Shown piece by piece: positions 1 through 8,397 of a stretch of 24,103 nt of DNA. Under the pieces are notes generated by a model. It made no database searches. It had not been told where the DNA came from and worked only from the letters and a program-made list of their open reading frames with translations. Within the stretch, counting starts at the first letter, position 1; the number at the start of each line of letters is the position of its first letter. Where the stretch lies: the IMG/VR virus record IMGVR_UViG_3300030116_004521, positions 1 through 24,103 of that record; one strand, given 5' to 3'. Source of the DNA: a virus. Its lineage: Duplodnaviria; Caudoviricetes. The position numbers and the translations under genes were made by a program.

Positions 1-1
1 A

Positions 2-616
2 AATGGTTCGGCTGTTTCACTTGGTGGATCGGTAACAGTTGGTGAAACAAAACCAACAATCTCTTCTATTAGCCCAACAGTAATTACAAACGATGCAACT
101 AACGTAACTATTAACGGATCGAATTTCATATCAGTGCCAATAGTAGAAGCAATCAATTCTACTGGTGTTATAACGTCAGCAAACTCAATAACTTTTACAA
201 GTGCATCTCAACTAGTTGCCAACTTTACATTAGGAACCGATGGCACATATTTTATTAGAATTGAAAATAATGATGGTAATGCTGTTCGTAGTGGGTCAGC
301 GTTACTAACCGTATCTGATGTACCAGCTTGGACCACAGCTGCTGGCAGTCTTGGTAACGTAGACTCTGGTGGAACAATTAATTTTACAGTTGCTGCAACT
401 GACGCAACTTCATACTCAATTGTATCAGGAGCTTTGCCTGGTGGAGGAAGTTTAAACGCATCTACTGGTGCAATCACTGGCACGGAGTCTGGATCGACAG
501 GCACAACAACATATAACTTTACCATTAGGGCGACGGATGCTCAGGCACAAACTGCTGACAGAGCCTTTTCAATTACTGTTCTACATGGTATACAAAACTC
601 AATAAGGCTAAACTAA
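2..616 (+). CDS. Virion Ig-domain adaptor protein, cassette 1 (5'-truncated); IPT/TIG-like plus cadherin/He_PIG-like domains
   Basis: The frame is open from base 2 (NGSAVSLGGSVTVGETKPTISSISP...) and is colinear with paralog 3476..4321, so the track start at 134 is an internal Val. Ig-like signatures: 'PTISSISP...VTINGSNF' and 'YSIVSGALPGG.SLNASTGAITGT...YNFTIRATD'. Confidence 0.85.
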   Translation, partial: NGSAVSLGGSVTVGETKPTISSISPTVITNDATNVTINGSNFISVPIVEAINSTGVITSANSITFTSASQLVANFTLGTDGTYFIRIENNDGNAVRSGSALLTVSDVPAWTTAAGSLGNVDSGGTINFTVAATDATSYSIVSGALPGGGSLNASTGAITGTESGSTGTTTYNFTIRATDAQAQTADRAFSITVLHGIQNSIRLN

Positions 617-1995
617 TGACAGTTATATCTAAATCAATATCAAGTACAGGTAATAGAAAAATTTTTACTGTTTCTGTTTGGGTAAAAAGAGCGAACGGTA
701 TTTCTGGAGGTAACGGGTCAATATTTTGTGTTGGCACAGCAAACAGTGATTCAGGAAAATTTCGTTTTGTTATTGATAGTAGTAATAGAGTAAAAGTTGA
801 AGGAGGGGCTACAAACTTTAGAACAAGTGAAGCTGTTCTTACTGATCAATTTGGTTGGTATCATTTAGTTTGTGCTGTTGATTCTACGGATTCCAACGCT
901 AATAACAGAGTAAGAGTTTGGCTTAATGGAGAACAAATAACAACATGGACCACTAATAATACAATGTCACAAGATCAAAACACCCCTGTTAACGAAAGTG
1001 GTAAAACACATTATATAAACATTGAAGCAGATGGTGCTTCTGGTAACTTTAAAGGATACTTTGCGCATTTTCATTTAGTTGATGGAACAGCTTATCCTCC
1101 AACTACTTTTGGTGAAACGGATTCTACAACTGGTATTTGGAAACCGAAGGCAGATCCATCAGGTATAAGCTACGGAACAAATGGTGTTTTTCTTAAATTT
1201 GAAAACAGTGGTAATATGGGATTAGACTCTAGTGGTCAAACTAATAACTATACTATTGCAAGTGCAGGTACTTTACCACAAACAACTGACACGCCATCAA
1301 ATAATTTTGCTGTATTAAATCCGTACAATAGAAGAAACACAAACAGTAATCCAACTTATGCACATGGTAACTTGTTTATTGATAACCAAGATCAAGACGG
1401 TCAAGGCAACAACTGGTGTTCAACGATTGCAGGATTAACCAAAGGGAAATGGTATTGTGAAATAACTCCTCATATAAATGGTAGTGCGGCGAGTAGTATG
1501 AAAATAGGTGTTGTTGCATCAAGTAGTGATGCTAGAAATGGTAGTTTTCAAAGCGGTGACAGAACAGGTGTTCAATATTATTACATTGGAAATGGTAATA
1601 AATTGTATTCTGCAGAAACAACAAGCGGTGCAACATCAGAAACTTCTTATGGGGATACTTTTGCAACAGATGACATTATAGGAATTTTTTTAGATTTAGA
1701 TAACGGTACTCTTAAATTTTCTAAAAACGGGACAATACAAAACAGTGGTACAGCTGCTTTTACTGACTTGTTAACAAATATGAATTATTCAGGTTATATG
1801 TTTGCTGGAGGTATCGGCACTGCTGGCCAATATAATCAAAATCAAATAAAGGGCGCAAACTTTGGCAATCCAAGATTATCTATTTCATCAAGTCAAGCGG
1901 ATGCTAATGGCTATGGTAACTTTGAGTATACACCTAATGATGGGTCATACAATTATTATGCATTATGCACAAAAAATTTACAGGAGTTTAACTAA
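616..1995 (+). CDS. LamG/concanavalin-A-like plus SPRY-domain virion protein, cassette 1 (putative receptor binding)
   Basis: LamG-like motifs 'FTVSVWVKR', 'GWYHLVCAVD', 'VRVWLNG'; SPRY-like motifs 'GKWYCEI', 'DIIGIFLDLDNGTLKFSKNG', 'ANFG'. TAATG-coupled to both neighbours. Confidence 0.8.
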   Translation: MTVISKSISSTGNRKIFTVSVWVKRANGISGGNGSIFCVGTANSDSGKFRFVIDSSNRVKVEGGATNFRTSEAVLTDQFGWYHLVCAVDSTDSNANNRVRVWLNGEQITTWTTNNTMSQDQNTPVNESGKTHYINIEADGASGNFKGYFAHFHLVDGTAYPPTTFGETDSTTGIWKPKADPSGISYGTNGVFLKFENSGNMGLDSSGQTNNYTIASAGTLPQTTDTPSNNFAVLNPYNRRNTNSNPTYAHGNLFIDNQDQDGQGNNWCSTIAGLTKGKWYCEITPHINGSAASSMKIGVVASSSDARNGSFQSGDRTGVQYYYIGNGNKLYSAETTSGATSETSYGDTFATDDIIGIFLDLDNGTLKFSKNGTIQNSGTAAFTDLLTNMNYSGYMFAGGIGTAGQYNQNQIKGANFGNPRLSISSSQADANGYGNFEYTPNDGSYNYYALCTKNLQEFN

Positions 1996-3476
1996 TGGCT
2001 TATTCAACAATTGCAGATCCTTCAGCACATCATCAAACAGCCCTATACACAGGTAATGGTGGCGCAAACACAATTACGAATGATGGTAATTCTAATTTGC
2101 GTGCAGATTGGATTTGGTTTAAAGAAAGAAGTTCTACAAGTAGTCATCACGTTTTTGATAGTGTTAGAGGAGTAGGATCTGCTGGTAAAGCTCTATATCC
2201 AAACAATAATGATGCACAGTCTGCTGATACAGCTCTTACCTCATTAAATACTGATGGTTTTACTTTAGCAAACACAGGTGGTTTTAACGAAAATGGACAA
2301 ACTAATGTAGCTTGGCAATGGGTTGCTGGTGGAACAGGGCCTAGTCAAAATTACAGAGTTGTCGTAGTATCTGACAGTGGTAATAAATATAGATGGAGAA
2401 ATTCAACTAACAACGCAACGTTTGCACAAAGTGCAGTAACTCTAGATCTACAAGAGGGTGGCACATATACGATTGATGGATCTGACTCTACAATGGCTTC
2501 TCATCCAATAAAGCTATCTACAACATCTAATGGAACTCATGGAGGAGGATCTTCATATAATACTGGTGTAGTTTATAAATTAGACGGATCTACTGTTACT
2601 GAATCAGCATATGTATCAGGTTATGCCTCTGCGAGTTCAAGACAATTAGTAATCACAGTAGCTGCTTCTGCACCTACTCTTTATTATTATTGTCACTACC
2701 ACAGCGGTATGGGTGGACAAATAAATACAAACACAACTTTTGGATCTACTAATTTTGATGGATCAGTTTTATCAGTCGTATCTGCAAATCAAGCTGCTGG
2801 TTTTAGTATAGTGCGAAGAGACGGCACTGGATCTAATGCCACAGTAGGGCATGGTTTAGGCGGGGCAGCTGAATTAGTTATTAACAAAAGTATGGACGTA
2901 GCTAGAGATTGGACAATCGGACACAAATATAATTATTCCACTGTGTCTCCTGACGGATTTAACAAAATTGGAAGTTTTAATACTGAAAATGCTTTAAGCA
3001 GTGGCACGGAGTATTGGCAAAATACCAACCCGACTTCTACAGTTTTTAGTGTAGGAACTAATAACGCTACAAATGAAAGCGGTAATACCATGGTTTCTTA
3101 TTGTTTTAGAGCGATAAAAGGTTACTCACAATTTGGTAAATATATTGGAAATGGAGATTCAGCAAGAGGGACGTTTGTTTACACAGGATTTAGACCAGCA
3201 TATATATGGTGGAAATATGAAGGTGGATCGGGCCCATGGGGTGTAAGGGACAATAAAAGAAACGGTCACAACCAACTAAAACAAAGATTAGATATAAGTG
3301 ATAACGGAGCAGAAAACCAAGATCATGTAGTAGAATTTTATTGTAATGGATTTAGAATGATGGACGGTGGCTCTTCTGTAAATGGTAATGGCAATGGTTA
3401 CATTTACGCTGCTTTTGCCAATCAACCACTTGTTTCACCTAGCGGGTTGGTAGCCAATGCTGGAGTCATGGGATAA
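1995..3476 (+). CDS. Beta-rich virion tip protein, cassette 1, with inserted cupredoxin-like domain
   Basis: Motifs 'LYTGNG', 'DWIWFKER', 'AGFSIV', 'TVGHGLG', 'YTGFRPA' are shared with paralog 5722..6753. An extra ~135 aa carries H170 and C233-x2-H236-x2-M239. Confidence 0.8.
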   Translation: MAYSTIADPSAHHQTALYTGNGGANTITNDGNSNLRADWIWFKERSSTSSHHVFDSVRGVGSAGKALYPNNNDAQSADTALTSLNTDGFTLANTGGFNENGQTNVAWQWVAGGTGPSQNYRVVVVSDSGNKYRWRNSTNNATFAQSAVTLDLQEGGTYTIDGSDSTMASHPIKLSTTSNGTHGGGSSYNTGVVYKLDGSTVTESAYVSGYASASSRQLVITVAASAPTLYYYCHYHSGMGGQINTNTTFGSTNFDGSVLSVVSANQAAGFSIVRRDGTGSNATVGHGLGGAAELVINKSMDVARDWTIGHKYNYSTVSPDGFNKIGSFNTENALSSGTEYWQNTNPTSTVFSVGTNNATNESGNTMVSYCFRAIKGYSQFGKYIGNGDSARGTFVYTGFRPAYIWWKYEGGSGPWGVRDNKRNGHNQLKQRLDISDNGAENQDHVVEFYCNGFRMMDGGSSVNGNGNGYIYAAFANQPLVSPSGLVANAGVMG

Positions 3477-4321
3477 TGTCAGAGATCAAAGTAAATGCCA
3501 TAAAAAAACGTAACGGTAGTTCGATCACGATTGGTGAATCGGGTGATACCATTACGATAACAGGCGGCGCAGCTTTATCTGGTTCTGGAGCATCTCTTAC
3601 AGCCTTAAATGGTAGTAACATTGCGTCAGGAACTGTAGCGAATGCTCGTCTGGTAGGCAGCGGCGCCATAACAATAAACGGATCAGCAGTATCTCTTGGT
3701 GGTTCTGTTACTATTGGAGAAACTAAACCAACAATTACAGGTGTAACACCAAGCACTATTACAAATGACGCAACCAACGTTGTTATAGCTGGTACAAACT
3801 TTGTATCAGTACCTCAAGTAGAAGCTATTTCTACTACAGGGGCAGTAACAGCAGCAAACTCTATTACATTTACAAGCGCTACATCTATTACAGCCAATTT
3901 TACTTTGCCCGTAGACGGCACTTATTTTATTCGTGTAGAGAATAATGATGGTAATGCTGCAAGATCTGGTTCTGCAATATTAACAGTATCTGATGCTCCG
4001 ACTTGGACCACAGGAGCTGGTTCTCTTGGAACTATTGCAGGTGGATTTTCAGGCACGGTTGCAACAGTGGCAGCTACTGGTGATGGAACACTGTCTTTTT
4101 CAGAAACAACAAATGTTTTAACAAATGCAGGGCAAGCAAATTGCTCGCTAAACTCAGCAACAGGTGCTATAACTACTACTGATTTTGGTGGATCGTCAAC
4201 ATCTGCTACGACGTATAACTTTACGCTTCGTGTTACTGATGCACAAGGTCAGACAGCAGATCGTGCGTTTTCACTGACATCAACTTTTAGTATAACCACA
4301 GCAGGAAGGTTTGATCCGTAA
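3476..4321 (+). CDS. Virion Ig-domain adaptor protein, cassette 2
   Basis: N-terminal fibre-like segment 'MSEIKVNAIKKRNGSSITIGESGDTITI' followed by two Ig-like domains. 89 of 118 residues are identical (hand count, ungapped) to the cassette 1 adaptor. Confidence 0.85.
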   Translation: MSEIKVNAIKKRNGSSITIGESGDTITITGGAALSGSGASLTALNGSNIASGTVANARLVGSGAITINGSAVSLGGSVTIGETKPTITGVTPSTITNDATNVVIAGTNFVSVPQVEAISTTGAVTAANSITFTSATSITANFTLPVDGTYFIRVENNDGNAARSGSAILTVSDAPTWTTGAGSLGTIAGGFSGTVATVAATGDGTLSFSETTNVLTNAGQANCSLNSATGAITTTDFGGSSTSATTYNFTLRVTDAQGQTADRAFSLTSTFSITTAGRFDP

Positions 4322-4322
4322 T

Positions 4323-5720
4323 ATGGCAACTACATTAACAAGAACAATTGGAACTCCAACATCGCAAAAAATATCTACACTTTCTTGGTGGATGAAACGA
4401 TCAGTTAAAACAGGCTTAGGTAGTGGATCTACAAGAATTGTTCAGTATCAATCTGCTCCTACTTACTTTTCTATTTATTTAGATGATAGAAGTGCACAAG
4501 CTAACTGGTCTAGATTAAGAATACATTTAGATGATACTCAATCACCGCAATATGTTGTAGGTACAAAAATGAGATTTAAAGATCAAGCAGGATGGTATCA
4601 TTGTGTAGTTAGGATAGATACAACTCAATCATCGGCTGGTGATAGAGTAAGAGTGTATGTAAACGGTGAACAACAAACTTTAGGAGGTTTATCAGACGAA
4701 GGTAACCAACCTGCACAAGATTATAGCATACCTGGTTACGCAAGTGGACAAACAACTACCATTGGTAATTTAAGTAATGGAGGTATGTATTTATCAGAAA
4801 TGATTTTTGCAGATGGTCAATCGTATGCGCCAACTGTATTTGGTTCATCCAACTCAAATGGAGCATGGGTACCTAATACCTCTCCAAGCGTTACATATGG
4901 TAATAATGGATATAGATTATCTTTTGGTGGCACTGGTGCTTCTGCTGATGCTAACGGTTTCGGCGCCGATACTTCAGGTAACGGTAATCATTTTGCTTCT
5001 GCTAATTTAGGAACTAATCCAAGTGTATCAGATACTCCACAAAATAATTTTGCTATCATGGACGCTGATCAAGGTGTGTATACAGCTTCAAATACTTTTG
5101 CTGAGGGCAATTTAAAAATGACTTCAGATAGCTCAAGGTATGAATTTGCAAATGCAACCATGGGTGTTAGAACTGGCAAATGGTATTGGGAAATGAAAGC
5201 TGTTAGTAAAAGTGGTGGCAGTGATTGGTATGGAACAGGAGTAATGGTTGGATCACCATATGCAAATGACTATGGTGGTAGTGATAATGGTCAATCTAAC
5301 CTCAGTGGATGTTATTATTATGGTTATGGTCAGATAAGAACAAATGGCACAACACCAGGAACGTATGCCGCTTATACAGCAGGTGATATAGTTTCAGTTG
5401 CAATGGATTGTGATAATGCAGCAATATACTTTGCTAAAAATGGTGTATGGCAAAACTCAGGAGTGCCAACTTCTGGAGCATCTAAAACAGGAGCTCAATC
5501 ATTAACAACGCCAGAAGTTCGTTCTTCGGGATATAACTTTTGGGTTCCAGGTCTTTGTGGTTTTGATGGTGGTCAATCTTATGTAATGCAAATAAACTTT
5601 GGCAATCCTACTTTCACAATTGCATCTAGCAATTCTGATGCTAATGGGTATGGTAGTTTTGAATACGCTGTACCTTCAGGATATTATGCTATATGCTCTA
5701 AAAACTTAGGACAATACTAA
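4323..5720 (+). CDS. LamG/ConA-like plus SPRY-domain virion protein, cassette 2
   Basis: Paralog of 616..1995 ('GWYHCVVRID', 'GKWYWEM', 'IYFAKNG', 'NFGNP', 'DANGYG.FEY', 'YYAICSKNL'). Start moved from TTG 4311 to ATG 4323, 1 nt after the upstream stop, which aligns with the paralog N-terminus. Confidence 0.8.
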   Translation: MATTLTRTIGTPTSQKISTLSWWMKRSVKTGLGSGSTRIVQYQSAPTYFSIYLDDRSAQANWSRLRIHLDDTQSPQYVVGTKMRFKDQAGWYHCVVRIDTTQSSAGDRVRVYVNGEQQTLGGLSDEGNQPAQDYSIPGYASGQTTTIGNLSNGGMYLSEMIFADGQSYAPTVFGSSNSNGAWVPNTSPSVTYGNNGYRLSFGGTGASADANGFGADTSGNGNHFASANLGTNPSVSDTPQNNFAIMDADQGVYTASNTFAEGNLKMTSDSSRYEFANATMGVRTGKWYWEMKAVSKSGGSDWYGTGVMVGSPYANDYGGSDNGQSNLSGCYYYGYGQIRTNGTTPGTYAAYTAGDIVSVAMDCDNAAIYFAKNGVWQNSGVPTSGASKTGAQSLTTPEVRSSGYNFWVPGLCGFDGGQSYVMQINFGNPTFTIASSNSDANGYGSFEYAVPSGYYAICSKNLGQY

Positions 5721-5721
5721 C

Positions 5722-6753
5722 ATGGCAAATTATTCAATAAATCAACCTTCGGCTCACTTTCAAATAGAAAAATATGCAGGCACTGGTAGTGCTCATAACC
5801 CTGTGTTTGATGGTCCCGCTAACTTACAACCTGATTTTATTTGGATTAAAGAAACAGACTCAAATAGTTATAGTAATATTTTAACAAACACTACTAGAGG
5901 TTTAACTAAGTATGTTTACACGGATTCTACTCAAGCAGAACAGACTAATAGTAATAGAGTTGGTGGAGCAGATACAGATGGTTTTGGTGTAGGCACTGCA
6001 TCTGATGTTAATAATAATGGTAATAACTATGTAGCTCAATGTTGGAAAGGTAATGGTGGAACTAATGCAACTAATACAGTAGGCCAAAGAACATCTTTAG
6101 TTCAAGCCAACACTACTGCTGGTTTTAACATAGTTCAGTTTAATGATGGTGGTTCAACTGGTCAAACAGTTGGTCACGGACTGGGAGCAATACCTTCTTT
6201 TTTTATGTCAAAACAACTTGGAGCAGACACTGGTTGGTATGGCATGTTTCCAAGCATATACGGAGGTAATCAATCCTCTGGAGTAAACACAACAAATAAT
6301 TTTGGAACTGTGTCTGGTTTTACTAATTTTACAACTACAACCTTTACTTCAGGTCAATCTGCAAGTGATGATCACATATGTTACATGTGGAAACCTATTA
6401 GAGGATATAGTGCATTTGGACAATACAAATCAAATAATAATGCTGATGGGCCAAAAATATTTACAGGATTTAGACCAGCGTTTATTATATTGAAAATGGC
6501 ATCAGGTGGCACACATTGGAGATATTACGATCACAAAAGAGATGGTTTTAATCCTGAAAATAATTATTTAAGAATGAATGTTACCAACGGAGAAAACACT
6601 GCTGCAAATTCAGAATTAGAAATACACTCTAACGGATTTAAATTAACAAATGCAGAAGGTGATATTAATTACAATACTGAAAATGTATTATATGCTGCAT
6701 GGGCAGAATTACCTCAAGTTTTCACAGACGGCGTACCAGTACAAGCGAGATAA
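5722..6753 (+). CDS. Beta-rich virion tip protein, cassette 2 (no cupredoxin insert)
   Basis: Paralog of 1995..3476: 'PSAHFQ', 'PDFIWIKE', 'AGFNIV', 'TVGHGLG', 'FTGFRPAF', 'NGFKL', 'YAAWAE'. Confidence 0.8.
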   Translation: MANYSINQPSAHFQIEKYAGTGSAHNPVFDGPANLQPDFIWIKETDSNSYSNILTNTTRGLTKYVYTDSTQAEQTNSNRVGGADTDGFGVGTASDVNNNGNNYVAQCWKGNGGTNATNTVGQRTSLVQANTTAGFNIVQFNDGGSTGQTVGHGLGAIPSFFMSKQLGADTGWYGMFPSIYGGNQSSGVNTTNNFGTVSGFTNFTTTTFTSGQSASDDHICYMWKPIRGYSAFGQYKSNNNADGPKIFTGFRPAFIILKMASGGTHWRYYDHKRDGFNPENNYLRMNVTNGENTAANSELEIHSNGFKLTNAEGDINYNTENVLYAAWAELPQVFTDGVPVQAR

Positions 6754-6756
6754 ACC

Positions 6757-7425
6757 ATGGCACTAGGTCATTCAGCCTTTGCCGAAGCCCCGATCGCCTC
6801 AGCAGCAGGCGTAAGCGCTACAGTAGCCGTTACAGGTTTACCAATAACCTCGGCTCTCGGATCACTAACACTTTCTGGTACAGCTAATTTAACACTCCCT
6901 AGTCAGTCTGCTTCGACTGCAGTTGGATCACCCACAGTATTTGTAAACGCAATAGCAACTCCTGCAGGATTGCCAATGACTATGGCTCTTGGAGCGGCTA
7001 CTCCAACAGGAACAGGTGTAGTTGTGCCTACTGGTCAACAAGCAAGTACAGCTATTGGATCATTAACACCTGAAGTTGCATTAACATTGCCAGGTCAATC
7101 GGCTTCTACAGCGGTGGGAACGCCAACTGTAGTTGCTATACAAAATCAAACAATTGTACCTACTGGTCAAGCTGCTTCAACTGCTCTTGGATCACCGCAA
7201 ATCAATACAAGCAGCACAGTTTCAGTAAATGGTTTGTTTGCACCAATACAGCTAGGAACGCCACAATTATTAGTAAACGCAGAGGTAACACCAACAGGTG
7301 TCACAATGACTATGGGACGTGGTAATCCAGCAATTTATGCATATCAAGAAGTAGACGATAGTGTTACAACAACGTGGACAGAGGTTGATGATTCTGTTAC
7401 AATGGATTGGAAGGACGCAGCATAA
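6757..7425 (+). CDS. Ala/Thr/Gly-rich repetitive virion structural protein
   Basis: Imperfect ~20-aa repeats (TLPSQSASTAVGSP, PTGQQASTAIGS, TLPGQSASTAVGTP, PTGQAASTALGSP) and a duplicated acidic tail EVDDSVT..W. Lies in the tail gene block. Confidence 0.65.
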   Translation: MALGHSAFAEAPIASAAGVSATVAVTGLPITSALGSLTLSGTANLTLPSQSASTAVGSPTVFVNAIATPAGLPMTMALGAATPTGTGVVVPTGQQASTAIGSLTPEVALTLPGQSASTAVGTPTVVAIQNQTIVPTGQAASTALGSPQINTSSTVSVNGLFAPIQLGTPQLLVNAEVTPTGVTMTMGRGNPAIYAYQEVDDSVTTTWTEVDDSVTMDWKDAA

Positions 7426-8138
7426 TGGCATCAACATTTTCGACAAGACTTAAAATAGAATTAATTGGCTCTGGAGAGCAGTCAAACTCTTGGGGTAATA
7501 CAACTAACAATAACTTCTCACAATCTATTGAGCAGTCAATTGCAGGTGTTTACACGAAGAATTTAGGGGCATCATCCAGCCCATATGTGTTGACCACGAA
7601 CAACGGACCACAAACACAAGCAAACAATGAAGCTAGACAAGCAGCTATTGTATTTACAGGTCATGCATCTGATTTTATTGTACAATTTCCTGCTGTAGAG
7701 AAATTATATTTTTTAAGAAACGCAAGTACTTCTAATAAAATTACAGCAAGATTGGGTGGATCTGGTAATACTTTTGTTATCAATCCAGGTAGAAATGTTT
7801 TTATTTCTACAGACGGCACAAACTGGTATGAGATACAAACACAAGGTAGTGATTGGTTAACAAAGACTGGTAACTACACAGCTTTTGCTGGTGATAAAAT
7901 ATTTGTTAATACTTCAGGAGGTGCAGTAACAATTACATTACCTGCTACTGCTGCTGTAGGAGATGAAATAAGATTTAATGATGTCGCAAATAACTTCGAC
8001 ACACATAATTTGACTGTTGCAAGAAATAGCCATAAAATAGACGGACAAACATCCGACTTAACTGTAGCAACAGAAGGTGCAGGGTTTGCTTTAGTTTATT
8101 CTGGAGCAACATTTGGCTGGAAACTATTGGAGAAATAA
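7425..8138 (+). CDS. Tail fibre proximal/attachment protein
   Basis: Start moved to ATG 7425 (TAATG overlap). N-terminus 'MASTFSTRLKIELIGSGEQSNSWGNTTNNNF' is a fibre-anchor-like segment. The C-terminal half 'VNTSGGAVTITLPA...GDEIRFND...NLTVARN...LVY...GW' resembles repeats in T4-type proximal fibre/baseplate proteins. Confidence 0.7.
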   Translation: MASTFSTRLKIELIGSGEQSNSWGNTTNNNFSQSIEQSIAGVYTKNLGASSSPYVLTTNNGPQTQANNEARQAAIVFTGHASDFIVQFPAVEKLYFLRNASTSNKITARLGGSGNTFVINPGRNVFISTDGTNWYEIQTQGSDWLTKTGNYTAFAGDKIFVNTSGGAVTITLPATAAVGDEIRFNDVANNFDTHNLTVARNSHKIDGQTSDLTVATEGAGFALVYSGATFGWKLLEK

Positions 8139-8139
8139 T

Positions 8140-8394
8140 ATGCCTACATATGAATCAATACGATACAAAATTTCTGGAGCAAATATCTCTGGAGTTTTAC
8201 AAGCATCAAACAATTTAAGTGACGTTGGAACTGCAGCTACGGCTAGAACAAATTTAGGGGTAGCCATTGGTTCAGACGTACAGGGTTTTGTAAATGCAAA
8301 TTTAGGAACAAACGGTGTCGGTACAAGAACAGTTGCCACTGGTGATCCAAGTGGTGGATCTGATGGCGACATATGGTTAAAATATACATCCTAA
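8140..8394 (+). CDS. Short tail fibre connector protein (84 aa)
   Basis: ATG 8140 lies 1 nt after the upstream stop. Fibre repeat 'NNLSDV..AATARTNLG' and terminal 'PSGGSDGDIWLKY'. Confidence 0.7.
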   Translation: MPTYESIRYKISGANISGVLQASNNLSDVGTAATARTNLGVAIGSDVQGFVNANLGTNGVGTRTVATGDPSGGSDGDIWLKYTS

Positions 8395-8397
8395 TGC

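Noticed and set aside
614-5724. Stop-codon readthrough or an alternative genetic code joining the cassette genes
   Set aside because: Consecutive genes are in different frames, junction offsets differ between cassettes, and long ORFs are intact under the standard code.
2-6753. Invertible (shufflon-like) tail fibre switch
   Set aside because: Both cassettes are in the same orientation, and no flanking inverted crossover sites or invertase gene were seen.
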